The notes beneath the pieces were generated by a model. The model was not told the origin of the DNA and did not search any database. It worked only from the letters and a program-made list of their open reading frames with translations. A stretch of 45,970 nt of DNA from a virus (Duplodnaviria; Heunggongvirae; Uroviricota; Caudoviricetes): positions 1 through 45,970 of the IMG/VR virus record IMGVR_UViG_2778261461_000002; one strand, given 5' to 3'. This document shows, piece after piece, positions 1-7,523 of the stretch (positions are counted from its first letter, which is position 1; the number at the start of each line of letters is the position of its first letter). A program made the position numbers and the translations under genes.

Positions 1-318
1 TCACACCACCCTGTCATCCTGCAGCGCGCTGTTGATGAAGTACGTCACGCGCCCCATCACTTCGACCTCTTCCGCAGCCTCACCTTCGATCGCTTCACCA
101 TCATCCGTGATTAACGCCCTTCCCCTGAGTTTCGCAAACTGCGTCCTGCCGCCGGACAAAATCAGCAAAACCTGACCCTGTACCAGCCTGGTGCACGGCT
201 CGATGACCGCAAAGCCAGACGAGGTTTCCAGGATGCGGCTGTCCATGCCGATCCCGCAGATAATTTCCGGAGATAAACGCGGTGCTACGAAATCAGCCGC
301 CGGTGAAGGAAATCCCAT
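1..318 (-). CDS. UmuD/LexA-like S24 peptidase-family protein (UmuD'-like, 105 aa)
   Basis: N-terminus MGFPSPAADF matches the UmuD segment just after the Cys-Gly autocleavage site; QFAKLRG fits the catalytic-Lys region; stop codon at bases 1-3, so any partner gene lies outside the window. Confidence 0.5.
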   Translation of the reverse strand: MGFPSPAADFVAPRLSPEIICGIGMDSRILETSSGFAVIEPCTRLVQGQVLLILSGGRTQFAKLRGRALITDDGEAIEGEAAEEVEVMGRVTYFINSALQDDRVV

Positions 319-566
319 CAGAGCACCCTCCCCATGTTGCGCAGGATCCAGTAGTGATTGTCGGTTCCGTCAGTTGTCTTGTCGGTGAAGTCGGGCTGGT
401 AGCGCTCTATCCACTCGTTGGCATCGTCCCGGCTGAAATGCCAGTGAACCTTTGCCAGTTCGCGGATAAAGTCTTCTGTGCGTAAGCACCGGTAGCCCTT
501 GGGGTTTAGCTGTATTGCGGCCACAAATGCGGCGTGAATGTCGTGACGGCGGGGCATGATCTGCAC
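318..566 (-). CDS. hypothetical protein (82 aa), 1-nt overlap with downstream UmuD'-like gene
   Basis: ORF track; tight coupling to the next gene; no motif recognised. Confidence 0.3.
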   Translation of the reverse strand: MQIMPRRHDIHAAFVAAIQLNPKGYRCLRTEDFIRELAKVHWHFSRDDANEWIERYQPDFTDKTTDGTDNHYWILRNMGRVL

Positions 567-682
567 TCCTTTTACTGTTTTTATATACAGTAGTTTTAAA
601 GTGAGTGCAGATCAATGTGGTGAAGCCTATCAATACGTGTCGCTGACGGGCGTCAATGCCCTGGCGCATTCTCTCTCAACTG

Positions 683-3046
683 TCACCTGAACGAGATACG
701 CACGCGTTTGATGATTACATCGCCACCGAATGTGCTTGGTGATGCGTAGCCGAACTTAATCTTGGTGATCATCGAAGAGGACATGCCGGTGATCGTGTGG
801 GTATTAATATTCCCGACCTTATAACCGTCCTCAGTCCGCAGTCTGGCGATCTTGCTTGGAATATCGAGAGAGTGCCTGAACTTACAGACATTCCCTGCAA
901 CGAGCGGGTATGTGGCGCTAGATGTAAGGTCTGACGCTACACCGCCGCTGGACACTGTTCCCCTGGTCTGCAGGCTGGCGGTCACCTGATACAGGGCCCT
1001 GTCCCCGGTTGTTGCTTCACCGAGCGTTACGACATAGCACTGCCCTGACGGGCCGATGAAATCAATTTCTACGGAGATCCTTTCGAATGAGAGACCAGCT
1101 TCCATGAAATCAGCAGTATCGATATAAGCCCGGTTAGTGGCACCAAATTTCGCACCGATAACGTTGTTTTTAGCATCACGAACATACTCGATCGCGCCAT
1201 TGATAAACGTCAGCTTACCAAACAAGTTTGAAATTGCTGCTGATTTTGGGCTCAGGTGGTTGGAGACGTTTAATTTCCCACTGACAAAGTCAGCCACAAT
1301 GTCATAGCTTTTTTCTTTCCCGCCAGCACTGCCGAACCAGTAATCAACCGGAGCTGTATAAATCCGGGAACTGGCTTTCGCTGTCGGGTGATTAAGCCCA
1401 TTACCGCCATCCCCCTCGGTGTTATATACGTCATGATCGGTTAATACGGGAGCCATAGGAATTTCAGTTCCTGCAATCAAATCAACCCTCATCTGCCCGG
1501 ATCCTCCAATTGTAGGCGTGAAGAGGCCACCGAAGCGGATGATATTTCCTGAGAACACTGGGGTTGTATTATCTCCAATGAAAATCGTCAGAGAATCACC
1601 ATTCAACGAGAAGAAGATTTCCATATCGACAGCAGGCGCCGCGCCATCGGCAAACTGGTTAAGCGTAATCCCCACTGACGTTCCGGTGTACACCTGGACA
1701 TGCCATTTAGATAGCGCCATATCGTACGCAAGCGTAACGAAGTTATTCGTAGCCTGAGACAGTGAAAACTGAATGCCGGCAGTCATAACGGCAGGATCCG
1801 TCAGGACGAGCCTTGCCGAATAGCATGGCACCATATCAGTATACGAATAGGGTAAGTTCACCAGGACTGAGGTGGTTTTGCGAGCATAGCTGAACGCGCA
1901 CGGATCTACTCCATCACGCAGCGCTTTAAACCTCCGGTGCAGGTCTATAAAGCTGGCCCCGATGAATTTTGCATAAGAACGGGTCCAGCCAGCCATCGCG
2001 TCACGCCCGGATTGCTGATCAAAATCTGACGTTGCCGGGTTCCCTTTTGACGGAAGAATATTCGTACAGAAAATAATTTCAGGCTCGCTGCTGATGGTCC
2101 TGAGCTCATCCATCATTTTATAAAAGTTAGGCTGCTGGAAATTACCCGCGAGCCAGCCTGCACCGTCGTTCATCCCGAAAGCCAGGATCACTACATCAGG
2201 CTTGAGATCGTCAATATATGACATCCAGCGCTTTGAGGTGTTGTCATACCAGGGATAGCCACTGTTTGGTGTGCTGAAAACGGGTTCGTTTCTGCCTAAA
2301 TCGTAATATCGCATCCCACCGATAGCACGGTTAATAAATTCCGCAGTTGGGTTAATCTCCTGCACCTTTCTGCGAAGATAGGACTCAAACAGCGACGTGA
2401 TATTAGCTGTGTCAATATTATAGAAGCTGCTGAGGCTATCCCCGACCAGAACTACTTTCGCGCCATGGCGGCAGAGCTTGTTTTTGGCGGCCTCAGTTGC
2501 ATACCCAAATGACATTGGAGCAGGATCTGATGCCAGAATCTCACCCAAAGTCCTGTCAAATGGCGTACCGACCATAGTGGCACCGGTTGGCTTTGCCAAA
2601 TCGCTGCGTGCAGTTCCGTCACTCACATTGACCCATTTCCCTTTATCTACTCCGCCAGAAGTAGTCGGCGTAGAACCAGGAGGGACCACTTTAGGGAGTG
2701 CACCATCCCAGCGGTAATAATCACCATCGCCGTCTGGCAACTTCCAACGTAGTGCCTGATTAGTTAGGGTCAGCGTTTTACCATCCTGGAAGGAGTCCAT
2801 GGTGATGTAACCCACACCGGCAATGGCTTTCTTGCCATCTTCAATAAATTTATTAATTGCCGCTGATGCGATCCCCTCAAGACCGTACCAGGTACGCCGG
2901 GCGCGACCAAAGCGATCATGCCAGATAGCATCAGTAATGCTGTTGATGGCTGTATCAAAATTCTGGGAGTTATCGAAGAGGTCCTTCGGGTCGGTGGAGC
3001 CCAATGGTTTGTTTGTTCCGTAAATAGTCATGCTCGCTCCGGGCAT
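683..3046 (-). CDS. tail fibre/tailspike with central SGNH/GDSL hydrolase domain
   Basis: 787 aa; GDSL block VVLVGDSLSS and AFGMNDG block typical of SGNH esterases; position immediately downstream of the J-like gene; alternative start at 3031 (MTIYG). Confidence 0.7.
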   Translation of the reverse strand: MPGASMTIYGTNKPLGSTDPKDLFDNSQNFDTAINSITDAIWHDRFGRARRTWYGLEGIASAAINKFIEDGKKAIAGVGYITMDSFQDGKTLTLTNQALRWKLPDGDGDYYRWDGALPKVVPPGSTPTTSGGVDKGKWVNVSDGTARSDLAKPTGATMVGTPFDRTLGEILASDPAPMSFGYATEAAKNKLCRHGAKVVLVGDSLSSFYNIDTANITSLFESYLRRKVQEINPTAEFINRAIGGMRYYDLGRNEPVFSTPNSGYPWYDNTSKRWMSYIDDLKPDVVILAFGMNDGAGWLAGNFQQPNFYKMMDELRTISSEPEIIFCTNILPSKGNPATSDFDQQSGRDAMAGWTRSYAKFIGASFIDLHRRFKALRDGVDPCAFSYARKTTSVLVNLPYSYTDMVPCYSARLVLTDPAVMTAGIQFSLSQATNNFVTLAYDMALSKWHVQVYTGTSVGITLNQFADGAAPAVDMEIFFSLNGDSLTIFIGDNTTPVFSGNIIRFGGLFTPTIGGSGQMRVDLIAGTEIPMAPVLTDHDVYNTEGDGGNGLNHPTAKASSRIYTAPVDYWFGSAGGKEKSYDIVADFVSGKLNVSNHLSPKSAAISNLFGKLTFINGAIEYVRDAKNNVIGAKFGATNRAYIDTADFMEAGLSFERISVEIDFIGPSGQCYVVTLGEATTGDRALYQVTASLQTRGTVSSGGVASDLTSSATYPLVAGNVCKFRHSLDIPSKIARLRTEDGYKVGNINTHTITGMSSSMITKIKFGYASPSTFGGDVIIKRVRISFR

Positions 3047-3070
3047 AAAAAAACCCGCCGAAGCGGGTCA
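3047..3070 (-). terminator. rho-independent terminator between J-like gene and tail fibre gene
   Basis: GC hairpin acccgc-ttcg-gcgggt followed by U-run on the minus-strand transcript; also hairpin plus T-run on plus strand. Confidence 0.6.
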
Positions 3071-3088
3071 GATAATATTGATTTGCTG

Positions 3089-6000
3089 TTAAGCGGCGTC
3101 GCCTGGGTATGTGGCGTCATCGTAGGCGTATTTGCCGGGGTGATACTGAATGGCTGTTACCTGGCTGATCCCATCGTTACCCGGTGATATTTCTCCGATC
3201 AGAGCGTCGTAAGGCACACGGACAGAAGAGCAGAACAGCAGGCGCGGCGGCTCAATATACGGGTCGTTCATCGCCCACAATTCTGGCTCCAGCGCGGCGC
3301 TATACGGCACCGAGATGGTGAAGTCGTCGATGCGTGTCGGCACTACCATTGCCGAAGCCCTGCCGTCCTGGTGGCGGATAATCACGCGAGGGCTCTGGAA
3401 TGACCAGTCAGGTGCCTCACTGAGCGTCATGGTGATTTTGCTGCTGTCATACTTCATATCGGTAATCAGGCAACTCAGCTGCTGATTGCCCGGTATATCG
3501 TCGGCCATTACAATCCGATCCATAAACTCGTAGCAGAGCGCATCCATTTCAGTTGATGTGGTGTGCTGCAGGCGCTGCAGCTGGTAGCCCAGCAACCGGC
3601 GCATGCCGATGCGGTAAGCCCGGTCTTCATTCAGAACACCATCCAGCGTGTAGCTCTCGATTTTCATGGGTGTAGGGTTTCCAGGCAGGCGACACTGCAC
3701 AGTTTCCTCTGCCCAGGTGGTGCCGTTGATATACGCCACGTCCACGCCATCGTAATCGTCCTGCGACGGGGCTTTAAACGCGGTCTGCAGCTCCTCGGTG
3801 GTTTCCTGCGGGGTGATCATGCCGACCCATGGTTTAATCCCTTCCCTGCCGGCAGACGCCAGCCCGTCAGACAGCAGAAAATATCCCATCCCCGCGTTGG
3901 TGATTTTCTGCAGCACCTCGAGCGCTGATTTACTCTCACCGCTCGCCCAGTCGAATTTCTCACCTCGGGGGGTCCAGTAGGTTTGCTCCAGCGCGTTAAT
4001 CGCCGCCGTGTCAATCTGGCTGGCGTTGAACCCCAGCGACTCAAGCACATGGTACAGCGCGCCGCTGATGCTCCGCGCCGTTCTGCCGCCGCTGTAAATC
4101 CGGGTTGGTGTAACGCTAATCCGGCGATCTGACATGGCCGCCAGGCGGTTCCCTGTGCGTACGGTCAGGGCCATGGTGGTGACACCATCGTACCTCGTGG
4201 GTCGCTTGCTCAGCCGGGAGCGCAGCGCCTGCCAGAAAACCTGGTCACGCGTGCTGCCACCCTTAACCGGTTCGGTGCGGCGCATCCGGATCTCATACTG
4301 TCCGGGAGAGACGCTGTAGCGATGCGTAAACCCGATCTGGTTTTCAGTGCTGCGTGAATAGAAAGGTGACTGCTGCTGCCAGGTAGTGGTCCCGACCTTC
4401 CGATACTGGATAACGAGGCGCACCGGCATGTCCCGTTTATTCCCTTTATCGGTGTAGCGCACTAACCCGCTCTGGAAGTTGATATTCACCTCAAATGCGT
4501 CCAGCGTTTCGCCGTCAGGGCACGCCAGGAACGGGCCGACCCATTCGTAATCGTCGCTGACACCTGTCACGGTGGCATCCAGCAGCGTGCGCTCTGTGAA
4601 ACCAGGCCACGATGGATCTGGCGTCGTAATGGTCTCACCCCCCGGGCCGGCGGTGACTGTAAGCCGCTCAACTGTGACCGTCTGGCTGTCCACATCGGTG
4701 ATCCGGAACTGATTGCCGGCCAGACCCAGCGAGAAGCGCTGAATGCCTTCCGGCAGTCCGGTAAACGGCGTGCCGGCGGCGCTGTTGTAGGCCAGAGTGA
4801 TGTGCGCCCTGACCTCCGCCGTGCCGCCAGTTGATTTCACGCCTGCCGTGTTAACCGGGGCATCACCGAACACAGCAACCGGTAACGGACTGTTAGTGAT
4901 GGACCCGCCGGCATAAGGGCTGCTGGCCTCGCCGATTTCAAGCCGCCCGCTGTTATCGCGCGCGACCAGGCCAGAACCAGAGAGCTGGGAGGTGATCGAG
5001 GAAATCAGGCCTGACATGGTGACGTAGTTGGTCACCAGCGATACCGGGTAAGTCGTGCCCTGCCAGCTGATGCTGAACGTTACAGGCGTGCTGCTGAAAT
5101 CGTAGGTCGTCGGCGCGGCGTTAGCGGTGATGCTGGCGGCGCTGCCGCCCACACCCGGCACCGGCGGCACGCCCGGGGCGTAGCTGGCGATAAACAGGTC
5201 ATAGTCATTGCCGTTATAGTTCAGGGATACCGGCATTCCGACCACTGGAGCCAACTCCTCCACCCCGCCATAAATCACGCTGTAACCGGCGGAAGACACG
5301 ACTGTATAAGAGTTTGGCGCCAGCACGGTGATGACCGTTCCGACAGTCCACGACGGCGGGATCTCCTCATCCCCAGACGACGATACGTCAACCAGCGTGA
5401 TGGAGTTTCCGGACACGACCAGCGCATCCGCGATAATACTGACCGTCTCCGGGCCGCTTGAGCCCAGGTCCAGACCGGCGGTGCCGGAGCCGGTATTCCC
5501 GACCTCTGGTGAGTTGAACCAGTTTTCGGTACGCGTGTCGCCGGATACGTCAGCGCCAGGTGGGAAGATTTTGTAACGGATATCAGTGCCAAATGAAGAA
5601 AATGGCGTATTCCCCACCTTCAGATCAGACTGGTTGATAGCCACGTCGCCGACGCATATGCACAGGAACATGCTTGTTTCCATGCTGGTCTCGTTGACGA
5701 AACGGCTTACCGGCTGCACGACGTAATCAGGCCAGACACGGTATTTTCCGAAGATTTCCCGGATGGGATCGCCGAGTTTCGCCGCGTTAGCTTTGGCCGG
5801 GTTGAGGTCAATCTGGTCGCCGCTGGCCGCCTGGGAACCGCCGCCGCCAGCTTGCGACATAGTACTCATCATGTAGATGCTGTACGCAGCAGAGGCGACA
5901 GCTACGCTGACGGCAACCCAGATCGCGATTTCTGCGCCGGTACCGTAGGGAACCGGATACATCCTGACGTCGGTTTCCCGCTTGATAACGCACAGTGGCC

Positions 6001-6250
6001 ACTCTGACGCCGGGACGGGAACACCATCGATTTCAACCGCAACCGGGTGCTGCTGATCCGGCCTCCAGTCCTTCACGTTCCGCGCAAACCAGGCGCTGAG
6101 GGTCATCGTTTCATGTTGATGCGTTTCCAGCGGTTCGCCCGGCAGGCGGGACGGATAGATTCGGATCGTCACTGGTAATACTCCACGCGAACAAAGCGGC
6201 GCGCAAACCGCGCCAGCGGCAGAAAGGTTACATTGGTGCGCGGATTGCAC
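3089..6250 (-). CDS. host specificity / central tail fibre protein J-like, with gpI-like N-terminal region
   Basis: 1053 aa; segment YEIRMRRTEPVKGGSTRDQVFW resembles the conserved lambda gpJ N-domain block NIRMRRMTPDSTTDQLQNKTLW; GTG start at 6250 overlaps upstream gene, alternative ATG at 6106. Confidence 0.8.
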   Translation of the reverse strand: MQSAHQCNLSAAGAVCAPLCSRGVLPVTIRIYPSRLPGEPLETHQHETMTLSAWFARNVKDWRPDQQHPVAVEIDGVPVPASEWPLCVIKRETDVRMYPVPYGTGAEIAIWVAVSVAVASAAYSIYMMSTMSQAGGGGSQAASGDQIDLNPAKANAAKLGDPIREIFGKYRVWPDYVVQPVSRFVNETSMETSMFLCICVGDVAINQSDLKVGNTPFSSFGTDIRYKIFPPGADVSGDTRTENWFNSPEVGNTGSGTAGLDLGSSGPETVSIIADALVVSGNSITLVDVSSSGDEEIPPSWTVGTVITVLAPNSYTVVSSAGYSVIYGGVEELAPVVGMPVSLNYNGNDYDLFIASYAPGVPPVPGVGGSAASITANAAPTTYDFSSTPVTFSISWQGTTYPVSLVTNYVTMSGLISSITSQLSGSGLVARDNSGRLEIGEASSPYAGGSITNSPLPVAVFGDAPVNTAGVKSTGGTAEVRAHITLAYNSAAGTPFTGLPEGIQRFSLGLAGNQFRITDVDSQTVTVERLTVTAGPGGETITTPDPSWPGFTERTLLDATVTGVSDDYEWVGPFLACPDGETLDAFEVNINFQSGLVRYTDKGNKRDMPVRLVIQYRKVGTTTWQQQSPFYSRSTENQIGFTHRYSVSPGQYEIRMRRTEPVKGGSTRDQVFWQALRSRLSKRPTRYDGVTTMALTVRTGNRLAAMSDRRISVTPTRIYSGGRTARSISGALYHVLESLGFNASQIDTAAINALEQTYWTPRGEKFDWASGESKSALEVLQKITNAGMGYFLLSDGLASAGREGIKPWVGMITPQETTEELQTAFKAPSQDDYDGVDVAYINGTTWAEETVQCRLPGNPTPMKIESYTLDGVLNEDRAYRIGMRRLLGYQLQRLQHTTSTEMDALCYEFMDRIVMADDIPGNQQLSCLITDMKYDSSKITMTLSEAPDWSFQSPRVIIRHQDGRASAMVVPTRIDDFTISVPYSAALEPELWAMNDPYIEPPRLLFCSSVRVPYDALIGEISPGNDGISQVTAIQYHPGKYAYDDATYPGDAA

Positions 6251-6549
6251 TCTGCAGCCCGCAGTTGGCCGTCAATCTCGACAACTATGGCAACGTGTGC
6301 CACCACAGAGCCGGAATAACAGGCGATACCCGCGCCCGGGGCCGGTTCACATCGAGTAAGCCCCGCCATCAGCCCGCGCGCCTCCCGGTCGAGACCGTTA
6401 TCATCCTTCGTGACCCCGGCGAAATCAGGCCACGGCGCCAGGCCAAGATCACGCCTGATTTCATTAACAATGCCAAAGCAGTCCAGCGCGGGGTAAGCGC
6501 GCCCGCCCTTCTGCCACTCGACAGAACGATATTTATCTGGATTGAACAT
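6169..6549 (-). CDS. NlpC/P60 (C40) peptidase-family tail protein, gpK-like
   Basis: 126 aa; candidate catalytic Cys in LDCFGIV and His in AHVAIVV; position between minor tail genes and J-like gene. Confidence 0.65.
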   Translation of the reverse strand: MFNPDKYRSVEWQKGGRAYPALDCFGIVNEIRRDLGLAPWPDFAGVTKDDNGLDREARGLMAGLTRCEPAPGAGIACYSGSVVAHVAIVVEIDGQLRAAECNPRTNVTFLPLARFARRFVRVEYYQ

Positions 6550-6558
6550 GGTGATTTC

Positions 6559-7059
6559 CTACTGGAGATAGCGGAGGCCCGGGAAGACAGGAAGCGTGTA
6601 ACGATAGCGCGGCCATGCGGTTTTCAGGATATTCAGGAACCCCGCAGTGATCTGAACCTCTGTCGCGTTCCAATATCCGTCTTTGATCTGCAAGACAATC
6701 GGAGGCGACGCGGGGGAGCTCAGGTCGGTCGATATGTACTGTCGCATTACCAGCGTGCCGTTGTTCAGGTTAGCCAGGGCGTTCCGTATTGCCGTGGAAA
6801 CGATGCCGTCTATGTTGCTAACGGCGAATTGCAGATCCTGCGTGCCGTCTTTATTCCTCGCCGGTAGCGCGATAGCCATGGCCGCCGCCAGGAACGTCAC
6901 TGTCTCCCCCTTCTCCGTAACAGCGGTGATGTCTTCGAAGTTCTCGACCAGGCAGTAACTCTGGCTTCCGACGTTAATCTGCAGCGTATTGAGGATGATT
7001 TCACTACCATCACTGGTGTAAAGCCTGTTTAAGATTGCGCTGGTCATGCCTCTGGCCAC
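6559..7059 (-). CDS. minor tail protein (gpL-position)
   Basis: 166 aa; gene order TMP - two small tail genes - NlpC/P60 - J-like. Confidence 0.45.
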   Translation of the reverse strand: MARGMTSAILNRLYTSDGSEIILNTLQINVGSQSYCLVENFEDITAVTEKGETVTFLAAAMAIALPARNKDGTQDLQFAVSNIDGIVSTAIRNALANLNNGTLVMRQYISTDLSSPASPPIVLQIKDGYWNATEVQITAGFLNILKTAWPRYRYTLPVFPGLRYLQ

Positions 7060-7514
7060 TCCTTGTTGAGCGCATAATCGATAATGCTCTGCCCGACGAT
7101 GAACTCAGGGAAATTACCCCAGCCAGGAGGCAGGATTGGGCGCTCCCATAGCTCCAGAGTTGCCGTGAATTTCCAGAACCCAAGCGCGTACAGTACCGGG
7201 CCGTTGTAGATATCTTTAAACCGGCAAACGTAATCACCGACACCCATTGGCGTACGCATGCGCATGTTGAACCACGCTGCGCCGTCAGTAATCACATCCC
7301 TGAACCACACCTCAAACAGCTGCGCCTGGGCATCGTTAAACACCCACGAAACCCCCGCCTCAGTCGGAACCGAGGTGTATTTGCGACGCTGGCGCGTGCG
7401 GCCGGATGTCATGGTGGAACGCTGGAGGGGGCTTACGGGAGTGAATCCATGCCCGGAACGCTGGGGCATTGGCAGGTACTGGTGCGGGAAATCAATGGTG
7501 CTGCTGATCCCCAT
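7044..7514 (-). CDS. minor tail protein (gpM-position)
   Basis: 156 aa; immediately downstream of tape measure gene. Confidence 0.45.
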   Translation of the reverse strand: MGISSTIDFPHQYLPMPQRSGHGFTPVSPLQRSTMTSGRTRQRRKYTSVPTEAGVSWVFNDAQAQLFEVWFRDVITDGAAWFNMRMRTPMGVGDYVCRFKDIYNGPVLYALGFWKFTATLELWERPILPPGWGNFPEFIVGQSIIDYALNKEWPEA

Positions 7515-7523
7515 GGGAACTCC

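Noticed and set aside
370-669. 99-aa minus-strand ORF overlapping the 82-aa gene in another frame
   Set aside because: Arg/His-rich alternative frame; the 82-aa ORF is coupled to the downstream gene and is the more plausible reading
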